DNA of 35,452 nucleotides from Promethearchaeia archaeon (GCA_029856105.1 JAHQWH010000098.1:1-35452), one strand, 5' to 3'; shown: positions 1-8,450, numbered from the stretch's first letter. Numbers and translations are program-made. Notes: generated by a model from the letters alone, not told the origin.

Positions 1-217
1 ATTCGTCGTCCCATATTTTTATTGTCATATTTGTAAAAAGATGGCGCATAGCTTTCGCAAATCTTATGTTTGGAGCCTCACCCTTTGTACTTTTATAAGA
101 TTCCGTGAAAAGTTTAGCTCTTTCTATGCAGAGTTCGTGTGGCTGTAAAACCACTCTATTTTTCAATCGTGAAATTCGATCTTCATAACCCGGAGGAGAA
201 ATTTGCTCTATTTGCAT
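1..217 (-). CDS. Glycyl-radical enzyme (pyruvate formate-lyase superfamily), 5' part only; runs off the window start
   Basis: Not in the ORF track. Manual translation from ATG at 217 gives MQIEQISPPGYEDRISRLKNRVVLQPHELCIERAKLFTESYKSTKGEAPNIRFAKAMRHLFTNMTIKIWDDE. This matches the N-terminal pattern of PFL2/CutC/diol-dehydratase-type glycyl-radical enzymes (RI..L...ERA...TESYK.T.GEP..IR.AKA......M.I.I.DDE). Confidence 0.85.
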   Translation of the reverse strand, partial: MQIEQISPPGYEDRISRLKNRVVLQPHELCIERAKLFTESYKSTKGEAPNIRFAKAMRHLFTNMTIKIWDDE

Positions 218-539
218 TGTTATTCCCAAAAAATTGTAATTTTTGATTAATTTTTAATTAAAATATCATTACTTTAATTTTTATTATAATTTTAAAACTA
301 AATAAAAGTTGCTGTGAGTTATTATAAAATCTTTAAAAATTTTTAACCATAAATTGGTACTCTTTCTAAGATTATCATATATTTACCTTTCTTTTTTAAA
401 AACAAATAGACTTCTATTTTAATTTATTACTTATTTGTAATCCTTTTATCTTATTATATTCAAAGTTAAAAATTACCAAATACTTATTATTTACAAAAAG
501 AAAGACTTTGAATAGTCATCTTTAATCAGAGAAAATAAA

Positions 540-1481
540 ATGATTAATAAAGAAAGATTCGAGGAGTTATTTCAGCAACAACTTATAAAAGATATATCTC
601 AAGAACCAATTGATATTGTTTTATCAGGACAATATGGTAAAGCACTAGAATTACTTAGAGATGCCGAAGCAACGGGATTATTTCCAGCTCTAGTTGGGCC
701 ACCTGGAGTAGGGAAAACAATTTTATGTAGGTATTTTGCTAGTTTAAGAGCTAAAGAAAAAAAAAATCAGAGCTTTTTCTGGCTCACTATGGACGAAAGC
801 ATAAAACCTTCGCATTTTATTGGAAGTTTCGATCCTGCTATTACTCTAAAAAAGGGATTTGTGTTAGAAGCATTTAACCCCGGTCCACTTTTGAGCGCAA
901 TGTTAGAAGGTGGAACTTTTTTAGCTAATGAAATAAATCGAGCTACTGAATACTCGCAAAATACTTTATTAGAACCTTTAGAGGAAGAATCGATTAACAT
1001 ACCGCACTTGGGTCGAATAAAAGCTAGCAAAGATTTCTTCTTTATTTCTGCGATGAATCCGGAAGAGCTTTCGGGCACACATCGTTTATCTGAGGCTTTA
1101 AAGGATAGAATTAAGGTTTGGATTAAACTAACATATCCCGATAAAACGACTGAGCTCGAGATTATAAGAATAAATTTACCGGAACATTTTGTTATCGAAG
1201 AGTCTGAATTAGAATTAATTTATTCAATAATAAACGAAACGAGAAAGAACAAAATAGACATTGAAGTACCAGCGTCAATCCGAGCCGGAATTGCGATGGC
1301 AAAACTATTAGCTCGAAGACGATCTTTAGAAAAAGAAGGAAAAATAAAAGAAAAAACATCTACTAACGAATATCTTTCAGAGATCACTCGTCACGTTCTA
1401 CTAGGAAGTATGAAACCAAAGCCTGGTACAAAAGTTGAAAATATTATTGAAAGTATTATTCATAAAACTTTAGGTGCGTAG
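540..1481 (+). CDS. MoxR-family AAA+ ATPase (CoxD/YehL-like)
   Basis: Walker A GPPGVGKT, degenerate Walker B FLANEINRA, Q.TLLE.LEE, SAMNP, L.EAL.DR arginine finger and a C-terminal lid with S.R; directly upstream of a VWA gene. Confidence 0.9.
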   Translation: MINKERFEELFQQQLIKDISQEPIDIVLSGQYGKALELLRDAEATGLFPALVGPPGVGKTILCRYFASLRAKEKKNQSFFWLTMDESIKPSHFIGSFDPAITLKKGFVLEAFNPGPLLSAMLEGGTFLANEINRATEYSQNTLLEPLEEESINIPHLGRIKASKDFFFISAMNPEELSGTHRLSEALKDRIKVWIKLTYPDKTTELEIIRINLPEHFVIEESELELIYSIINETRKNKIDIEVPASIRAGIAMAKLLARRRSLEKEGKIKEKTSTNEYLSEITRHVLLGSMKPKPGTKVENIIESIIHKTLGA

Positions 1482-1499
1482 GGGGTAAAAAGTTATTTT

Positions 1500-4013
1500 A
1501 TGACAGTCTTTCCAGAAAATCCTTGCGAATTTGCTGTAGATTTCATTAGAAAAATGAGGGCTCATACCGACATTATCCAAATTCCGTCATCACGTCAAGT
1601 TTTATCAATTCCAAAATTAATTTTATCTAGGTATTATCGAAAGGGCTTTGTGACACCTAATGATTACATAGAAATAAGTACCGTAACTTCGTTTCCGGAC
1701 AATCAGGAATTAGCAAAAGATATCGCTTTTAAAATTCTCTTTCCAAATTACAAAAAAGATATTATTGACTCGTTTTTTCAGAGCGAAGATACCGTTGATA
1801 AATCTATTGAAGACCTTGTAGAATCCGAGATGAAGTCTGAATTAGATCAACTTCAAGAGATTATAGACGAAATCGAGGTGACAAAATCAATAGATACAGA
1901 TGAGATTCAAAAATTAGAAGAATTTCTTGAAGAATTAAATTCGAATAGGGAAAAAGAGCCATATAAATCCGCATTAAATTTCTTTAACGACGACTCGGAA
2001 TTGTATAAAGAAGAGATATCTTCCTTAGAAAAACTAATTCAAGAAGCCCAAAAAAGGCTAGAACAAAAAATAAATTCCTTAAGCCCTGATGATTTAAAGG
2101 CTGGTTCGAATTTAGGTTTAGATGACTTAATCCAGCAAAATTCCTTAAGGGAATGGGAAAAACTCGCAAGTAAGGCTCTCAATAATCAAAATATTTCAGA
2201 AGATTTATCAAAATTAATTAATTCAAACAAATTGGATGATCTTTTAAAGTCTATAAAATTTATTAATGAGACTTCGGACAATCAAAACATAAAAGATCAA
2301 ATCCAAAATATTAAAAATCAACTTCAGAACCAAATAAATAATTTAGATCAATTATTTAATGCCGCAAAAACTTTAGGCGAAACTCCTAAGTTTGATCAAG
2401 ACAAAGTTTTGAATAATTCGCTAAACCAATCTTCATTTGAACATAATTTTAACCTTGCAGACTCGCTAGATCAATATTTTGGTACTAATTTAAGAGAAGA
2501 ATTGCTAAATAAATTAAATGGGCAAATGCAAAATCCGCAAAAACAAAAGAAACAAATGAATTTATCGTTAGATATGTTGACAAAAAATGCATTTGCTAAT
2601 AAATCTTGGAACTCGCTATTTAGCCAAGCAATGAAAAATGCGATCGACGAGGCAAATAGTCAAAATATTAAGTTTGAAGCATTTAAATCGCTTTCTCATC
2701 AAATGCAACAATTAATGAATAGTTGCCCAAACATGCACTGTGGACAAAAAATATCTCAGAAGTTACCCGATTTAACCTCTCAAACACTAGAAGCCTGTGA
2801 AACACCTGATCAATTAAGAAACGCAACAGAATTCTTAAGAAAGATCGGATTAAATCCTGAAGCAGAAGATATTAAAAGAATTGGAAAAAAGCTTGAAATG
2901 CCCGAAGAGGAAATATACGAATTAATTGAACCTAATTATCAATTACTTAAAAAAACGATTGAAAAGAAGGTAGCAGATTTTCAGCGAATTAACAATTTAA
3001 TGAATCAAATTAAAGACCAACTAAATAAAGAGAGAATTAGAGAGCTTTTAAGCAGTGCACTAGCTTCCGATAATAGAGATGCTTTAGGTGCAATTGGCCA
3101 TTTTAATTTGAATGAAGCTTTAAAAGGTGCTCAGCAAATCGGGGGCAAAGAAGCGCAAGATAAATTAATTGCTTGTTTATCTGCGGGTACCGGTGAGAAT
3201 CTCCTTAAACAATGGTTTATTCATAGAAATAATCTACCAGAGCAAGTTAAATTAAAGGTTAAGGAATTAGCAAAAAAAATGCTAATTGAGTTAGGAATAT
3301 ATTACTCAAGGGCTCGTTTAGGTAGTGCAACGACTGGGCCTACACCTATTAACATAGTTAGGCCCTACACAATAGGAGACGACTTTGAAAATATAGACTT
3401 GGAGGAAACAATTTTTCATCTTTTGGAAAAGGGTAAAAAATTAGACCACATTAATTACGACGATTTTTTTGTCTATGAGACCACAAAAGGATTACGCTCG
3501 TTATGCTTTGAACTTGATATCAGTGGTTCGATGACAGGAGAAAAACTAGCATACATGGCAATATGTGTGACGATGTTAGTATATGGGATGAGAAAAGACG
3601 AGATTGCTATTGCGTTTTTCGAGTCAGATACGCATGTTTTAAAGGAATTATCTAAAAAAGTAGATTTAGAAAAATTAGCCGACGAGTTGCTCTCTGTTTC
3701 AGCTAAGGGAGGTACGAGGCTTCAAAGCGCCTTAGAATGGGCAAAAAAACAATTTAAAGAAAAGTCAAGCTCCCGTGAAAAGCTGAACGTATTATTTACT
3801 GATGCTGAAATATACGACCTTCAGCAATCTATTGAAACATTAAGAATTTTCCGCTCTTTAGGAATTGATTTTATCTTAGTCTGCCCAGAATCCTCCTTTA
3901 ATTTAAAAGAAGCAAAAAAAATGGTAAAAATCGCAGGAGGACAATTATTAACTATAAAAGATTGGAATGACTTTCCAAAATTAATTTCTGATATTATAAA
4001 ATCGAGATTTTAG
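1500..4013 (+). CDS. VWA-domain protein (CoxE-like C-terminal VWA) with long helical N-terminal region
   Basis: C-terminal MIDAS motif (DISGSM...GGT...FTD) preceded by RPY..GDD...IDLEET, typical of MoxR-partner VWA proteins; starts 18 bp after the MoxR stop. Confidence 0.88.
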   Translation: MTVFPENPCEFAVDFIRKMRAHTDIIQIPSSRQVLSIPKLILSRYYRKGFVTPNDYIEISTVTSFPDNQELAKDIAFKILFPNYKKDIIDSFFQSEDTVDKSIEDLVESEMKSELDQLQEIIDEIEVTKSIDTDEIQKLEEFLEELNSNREKEPYKSALNFFNDDSELYKEEISSLEKLIQEAQKRLEQKINSLSPDDLKAGSNLGLDDLIQQNSLREWEKLASKALNNQNISEDLSKLINSNKLDDLLKSIKFINETSDNQNIKDQIQNIKNQLQNQINNLDQLFNAAKTLGETPKFDQDKVLNNSLNQSSFEHNFNLADSLDQYFGTNLREELLNKLNGQMQNPQKQKKQMNLSLDMLTKNAFANKSWNSLFSQAMKNAIDEANSQNIKFEAFKSLSHQMQQLMNSCPNMHCGQKISQKLPDLTSQTLEACETPDQLRNATEFLRKIGLNPEAEDIKRIGKKLEMPEEEIYELIEPNYQLLKKTIEKKVADFQRINNLMNQIKDQLNKERIRELLSSALASDNRDALGAIGHFNLNEALKGAQQIGGKEAQDKLIACLSAGTGENLLKQWFIHRNNLPEQVKLKVKELAKKMLIELGIYYSRARLGSATTGPTPINIVRPYTIGDDFENIDLEETIFHLLEKGKKLDHINYDDFFVYETTKGLRSLCFELDISGSMTGEKLAYMAICVTMLVYGMRKDEIAIAFFESDTHVLKELSKKVDLEKLADELLSVSAKGGTRLQSALEWAKKQFKEKSSSREKLNVLFTDAEIYDLQQSIETLRIFRSLGIDFILVCPESSFNLKEAKKMVKIAGGQLLTIKDWNDFPKLISDIIKSRF

Positions 4014-4017
4014 AAGA

Positions 4018-6378
4018 ATGACAAAAAATAAATTATCAGAATTAATAATTGAGAAATATGGAATTGAAATATATAAGAAATCAATTGAGTTCCAGAAAAA
4101 TAAAATTAATATAATTTCACTGAAAGAAGATCCAATAAAGATAAGATCAATCATTTTAGATAATGACAGGGAATTCCACCTAGTTATTAACGAGAAAAAA
4201 AATGAAATATTTCACGATTGTCCTACTTTTTTAATACATAGCGAAAGAGATGATAAGATATGTATTCATCTAATAAAACTTTTAACGATAATAAAACCGT
4301 CGATTTCTTTAAAAATTATCAATAATATTGACGATTTCTATTTAACTTCTGAAGACTTTGGTTCTAAAAAGAAAACTAAAAATTATTTGGAATTAGCTAA
4401 TGCTTGTTTTGAATGTAAAAATTGTGTTGATGGACTAAATTATTTAAATAAAGCGATTATTAATCAACACGAGTGCGAATCGATTATTGAAAGATACTTA
4501 AAAACAGCAATTGAAAATAATTTGTATATTGAATTTTTTGAATTTCTGCAATCTGCCTATAATAACGAATTAGGCCCCTATCTTCTCAAATACAATCACT
4601 ACATAGAAAAAGGGATTAAATTATTTCTAAATTCGGTTTCAAAATACACTTTTTATGAAATACTTAGGATTATTGAATCGTTTGATAGATTATTAGATGA
4701 TTATAAATTTCAAAACGAAACTTTTGTTTCGTCTATACTTAAGAAATTGGAAAAAATGGCTAATTCAAACGATTTTAATGAAATGTACTTTTCAACTTTT
4801 TTTATTAAAAAAAATTTCGAAACTCTTGTTAACTATAATCCACTATTCAAAGATTTAATACCTTTGAAGGCTTTTGAATCGTTTAAAAGCGAAATTGTTA
4901 AGTATTTTAAAAGCGAAATTGAGAATTTTTGCGTAATAGATAAACTAAAGCTAATGAAGAGGCATTTTGAAGTTTTTCAGATTCAAAACGATGCGTACTA
5001 TAACGAATATAAGGCTTATAAAAGCGAAATAAAAGAATTAGAAAAGAAAGTATATTTAAAGAAATTTGCCTTTCTCAATCTACTTAAGGAAAAATATAAA
5101 ATCAAAAAATCTAAAGTTGACTTTAGAAAAAAGAGAAACACCTACATCGTTAATCACGATAAAGACAATCTCAAAAACCCCGCTTACAATTACGTTATAA
5201 AACACATAGGTTTTTATGGAATAAACGAATCTACCATTAAATCTTCGGAAATTGGGGTTAACTATTTAATAATTAAAGAATTGTTTTTAGACGATTTAAA
5301 CAACTTCCCAGATATTTTTTATTATAAAAAACAATTCTGGGGAGAAGAAAATAGTTATGAAATTAATTCTATAGATGTCTTTTCGTTAATAAGTAAACCT
5401 ATAGAATACAATTACGACATTGACCAAGATTATTCTAATATTAACGACCTAATGATAATCGAATGGGATTTAGCTAGTAAACCAAGACAAGGTAGCTTAG
5501 TAAATGCATATGGTGCTCAAATTGTAATCCCAGATCAAAACAACTCTCTTTTTCACGACTTAAAACCGTTCGATTTAGTTTACTGTCAAAAAACACCAGT
5601 AAAAATTGAAGGAAATATCGTTAAAAGAATCAATGTAATCGCAAAATGTTCGTTTAAAGACGCAATTAATAGTATTTCGAAGGGGATGGTATTTATTGAA
5701 GGATATTACCCTTTATCTCTTATCAAATCAGTTCTCGAAAAAAAGATTAGTCCCTTTAAAGCTTATGAAATTATATCAAATAACCCAAATAAACAATTTG
5801 TCCCAAACTATCGTCAATTTGTAAAAGCTTTTAGAAAATTATTATTCGATTTTATAAATAAAGAAAGAGAATTTATTTACCAAGAATTAAAATCTAATTC
5901 TGAAGAGAAAACGGATCAAATTTTAATATTATTAAATTTAACGACTGAATTAGCTGGATTAGATTTACCATTTTCTGAAATATTTCAAGAGCTATTATGC
6001 GAAGTAAGTAATTTGGATGAATTTAGAACGAAACTGCTTAATAAAATTCATTCGATCGTAAAAAATGTACTCGTAGTAAGAGAACTTGGAAGTACAAAGA
6101 TTTTCGATCTAAAAAAAATGCGACACACACAATTTGTCAAATATTCTAGCGAAATCTTAAAAATAAGAAAAGAAGAATTCGAAAAATCTAAAATTCTTAA
6201 ATCGTCTGAAAAAAATGTTTTATATAATGTTTCCGAGCTGTTTAAAACCTATTATGGTTACCAGTTCTCGAATATATTGAATTTAGGCGTAAAACTAGAT
6301 ATAGATAAAGATATTTTTAATAAGATAATGTTTTATGCCTCTAAATTAAAGCTAAAATTAAATATAATTGAGGGGTAA
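4018..6378 (+). CDS. Hypothetical protein with N-terminal SWIM-like Zn finger
   Basis: 786-aa ORF starting 4 bp after the VWA stop. FHDCPTF-x9-ICIHLIKLL resembles SWIM (CxC-xn-CxH) with the first Cys replaced by His. Confidence 0.7.
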   Translation: MTKNKLSELIIEKYGIEIYKKSIEFQKNKINIISLKEDPIKIRSIILDNDREFHLVINEKKNEIFHDCPTFLIHSERDDKICIHLIKLLTIIKPSISLKIINNIDDFYLTSEDFGSKKKTKNYLELANACFECKNCVDGLNYLNKAIINQHECESIIERYLKTAIENNLYIEFFEFLQSAYNNELGPYLLKYNHYIEKGIKLFLNSVSKYTFYEILRIIESFDRLLDDYKFQNETFVSSILKKLEKMANSNDFNEMYFSTFFIKKNFETLVNYNPLFKDLIPLKAFESFKSEIVKYFKSEIENFCVIDKLKLMKRHFEVFQIQNDAYYNEYKAYKSEIKELEKKVYLKKFAFLNLLKEKYKIKKSKVDFRKKRNTYIVNHDKDNLKNPAYNYVIKHIGFYGINESTIKSSEIGVNYLIIKELFLDDLNNFPDIFYYKKQFWGEENSYEINSIDVFSLISKPIEYNYDIDQDYSNINDLMIIEWDLASKPRQGSLVNAYGAQIVIPDQNNSLFHDLKPFDLVYCQKTPVKIEGNIVKRINVIAKCSFKDAINSISKGMVFIEGYYPLSLIKSVLEKKISPFKAYEIISNNPNKQFVPNYRQFVKAFRKLLFDFINKEREFIYQELKSNSEEKTDQILILLNLTTELAGLDLPFSEIFQELLCEVSNLDEFRTKLLNKIHSIVKNVLVVRELGSTKIFDLKKMRHTQFVKYSSEILKIRKEEFEKSKILKSSEKNVLYNVSELFKTYYGYQFSNILNLGVKLDIDKDIFNKIMFYASKLKLKLNIIEG

Positions 6379-6610
6379 ACTTAGTTATTTTTGTTAGTTT
6401 TAAATAGTAACTCGCCATAGACGCGATCGTGACCTGGAATAAACCAATAATTTAAAATAATCAATTATAATTATTAACTCAATTCTTAAATAAAATTATT
6501 TATATCTTTTTTATAATAATTATGTTTGTGGACGAATATCTCTGGTATTAAGATTATTAAAATAAAATATTAAATTTACGTACTCAAAGAAGAAATTACC
6601 GGGTGTGCCT

Positions 6611-7819
6611 ATGGAATTATCTGAATATGGAAAAAGATTTCTGCGTTTACCACTTCGCATAGACAAACACAATAAAGGATATGTAGATTTTTATATTGGT
6701 CCTAAAAAATTACGTAAAATCGTTAACAATGAGGTTATAACTTCACCAAACAAACTATTAACCGAATGCAAAGCTCTACAAAAAGATTTGTTTAAACAAG
6801 GTTACGATAAAAAACGCGAGCGATACTTAGAAAAATTATTAACGGCGATGAGGGCTTCCATCGAAATCCTAAGCGGTATCGAGATTACTATCAAGGAACA
6901 ATTTTTAAGGCTATATGATGTAGCCTTACAACCAGTTAAAGAATCTGAATTAGATAACTTAAAAGAAGATTTTAACGCAGCGTATGGTGGTCCTGGAAGT
7001 TTAGAAAAACGAATGAACGATTTAAGAATACGGCGAACGATTCCGGAGGGTAAAGTATTTGAATTATTTAAGAAAGCTCTCAATATCACGAGAGAGCGAA
7101 CTAAAGAAGTGTTTGTCGATCTCTTACCTGAAAGTGAGTATATTAATATAGAGTTAGTAAAAAATAACAATAATAATAAAATTAAATGGACTTATTACAA
7201 TTGGTATTTGGGTAATTTTCGCTCCCGAATAGAAGTTAATCCGAATTATAACATGTATTGGACCTTATTTTTGCCCGCTGCCGCTCACGAAGGGTACCCT
7301 GGCCATCATACTGAATTTATAGTCAAAGAACAAACACTATATCGCGAGTTAAATCAATTTGAACACTCAATCTTGCTACTAAACTCGCCCAAGTTAATAA
7401 TTTGCGAAGGAATAGCGACTATCGCAGTTAATATGCTTTTTTCTTATCGAGACCAAGTAGAAATTAGCTTAAGAGAATTTTGTCAAGACTCGTCAAAAGA
7501 ATCTTCTATTGAAGCATTAATAGCGCAAGGCAAAGTAAAAGTAAAATTATCGCTTTTTAGGTATAATTTCGCTTATCGTGCTCTTTTTAACGGGTGGAGT
7601 GAAGAGAAATTAATTCGATACGCGACCAGTTTTGAAATCTTTAGTCAAGAAAATATAAAAAATAGAATAAAATCATTTCTTAATCCCGTACATTCAACTA
7701 CTGATTTCTCGTATAATATAGGAAGAAAACTCATAATAAACAAATATGGGGAATTTCCCTCGGTTAAAGATTTTCGAGACCTGCTTATCAACCCAATTCT
7801 CCCCTCCGATTTAGCATAA
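6611..7819 (+). CDS. DUF885-like putative zinc metallopeptidase
   Basis: AAHEGYPGHH motif, downstream EG.A and Y..G motifs. The likely start is ATG 6611 after a GGGTG SD-like site (the ORF track starts at GTG 6605). No signal peptide is evident. Confidence 0.7.
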   Translation: MELSEYGKRFLRLPLRIDKHNKGYVDFYIGPKKLRKIVNNEVITSPNKLLTECKALQKDLFKQGYDKKRERYLEKLLTAMRASIEILSGIEITIKEQFLRLYDVALQPVKESELDNLKEDFNAAYGGPGSLEKRMNDLRIRRTIPEGKVFELFKKALNITRERTKEVFVDLLPESEYINIELVKNNNNNKIKWTYYNWYLGNFRSRIEVNPNYNMYWTLFLPAAAHEGYPGHHTEFIVKEQTLYRELNQFEHSILLLNSPKLIICEGIATIAVNMLFSYRDQVEISLREFCQDSSKESSIEALIAQGKVKVKLSLFRYNFAYRALFNGWSEEKLIRYATSFEIFSQENIKNRIKSFLNPVHSTTDFSYNIGRKLIINKYGEFPSVKDFRDLLINPILPSDLA

Positions 7820-7849
7820 AATTACCTCAAAAATTTTTTCATTAACATT

Positions 7850-7881
7850 AGCTTTAAAAAATAAAAGCTCTCTCTTTTTTT
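7850..7881 (+). terminator. Possible terminator of the DUF885-like gene
   Basis: AGCTTT-N8-AAAGCT inverted repeat followed by a pyrimidine/T tract, about 30 bp after the stop codon. Confidence 0.35.
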
Positions 7882-8009
7882 AGGGGTTTAAATAAATTTT
7901 ATCAATTAATATATTGTTTTAAAAGAACTTAACATAAACATTTCATTTCGGTTTCAAATTAAAAAAAAATAGTTAAAAACAATTCACATAACAAATCAAG
8001 TGAGGAAAA

Positions 8010-8039
8010 ATGCCTGGTCAAAAAGATGCAATACCATAA
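8010..8039 (+). CDS. Putative 9-aa micropeptide MPGQKDAIP
   Basis: ATG CCT GGT CAA AAA GAT GCA ATA CCA TAA, preceded by SD-like GTGAGG (8000-8005) and followed by a hairpin; start, stop and frame are preserved in the second copy. Confidence 0.6.
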   Translation: MPGQKDAIP

Positions 8040-8040
8040 A

Positions 8041-8084
8041 ATGATGCTTTTCATAAGCGCATCATATATTTTCCTTTATTTTTT
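8041..8084 (+). terminator. Hairpin plus U-rich tract after micro-ORF 1
   Basis: ATGATGC (8041-8047) pairs with GCATCAT (8059-8065); the inner stem is imperfect; followed by ATATTTTCCTTTATTTTTT. Confidence 0.55.
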
Positions 8085-8220
8085 AAAATGAGTGGTTTAA
8101 AAATATATTCTAATATAATTAAATAGATTTAACAAAATGTAATTCATGCCGTTTCATTTCGGTTTCAAATTTAAAAAAATTAGTTAAAAACAATTCACAT
8201 AACAAACAAAGTGAGAAAAG

Positions 8221-8250
8221 ATGCCTGGTCAAGCAGACGCAATACCATAA
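8221..8250 (+). CDS. Putative 9-aa micropeptide MPGQADAIP
   Basis: ATG CCT GGT CAA GCA GAC GCA ATA CCA TAA, preceded by GTGAGA; differs from copy 1 by K5A and a synonymous GAT/GAC change. Confidence 0.6.
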   Translation: MPGQADAIP

Positions 8251-8252
8251 AA

Positions 8253-8295
8253 TGATGCTTTTCGTAAAAGCATCACATATTTTCTATTCTTTTTT
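8253..8295 (+). terminator. Hairpin plus U-rich tract after micro-ORF 2
   Basis: Perfect 10-bp stem TGATGCTTTT-CGT-AAAAGCATCA (8253-8275) followed by a T-rich tract. Confidence 0.6.
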
Positions 8296-8450
8296 AAAAA
8301 GTTATTACAGCCGTTAGTTAAAGCTTTCCAACTTAACGACTTAAATCAAAAATTTATCTTCCAATATCCAAAAAGAGTTAAAGGATTGCAATATTTTTAA
8401 ATTGAAAATATAACTTTATTAAGTATATAAATTAAAATATCCGTTGAAAA

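Larger units (their letters stand above)
7941..8088 (+). repeat. Direct repeat copy 1 (148 bp)
   Basis: Aligns without gaps to 8152-8299 at an offset of 211 bp, with 16 mismatches counted by hand (132/148 identical). Confidence 0.97.
8152..8299 (+). repeat. Direct repeat copy 2 (148 bp)
   Basis: Ungapped 89% match to 7941-8088. Confidence 0.97.

Noticed and set aside
7941-7958. Resemblance of the reverse complement (TTTGAAACCGAAATGAAA) to eukaryotic IRF/ISRE sites
   Set aside because: The similarity is short and low-complexity, and no IRF-like factor is evident in this archaeal context.
8041-8275. SECIS element or C/D-box sRNA (ATGATG at the hairpin base)
   Set aside because: The 5' TGA pairs Watson-Crick with TCA rather than forming a GA/AG quartet. 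There is no CTGA D box and no upstream gene with an in-frame TGA.
7941-8299. CRISPR array or IS/MITE interpretation of the repeats (GTTTCA-like start)
   Set aside because: There are only two units of 148 bp, no 25-45-bp repeat/spacer periodicity and no cas genes. No terminal inverted repeats, target-site duplication or transposase were seen.
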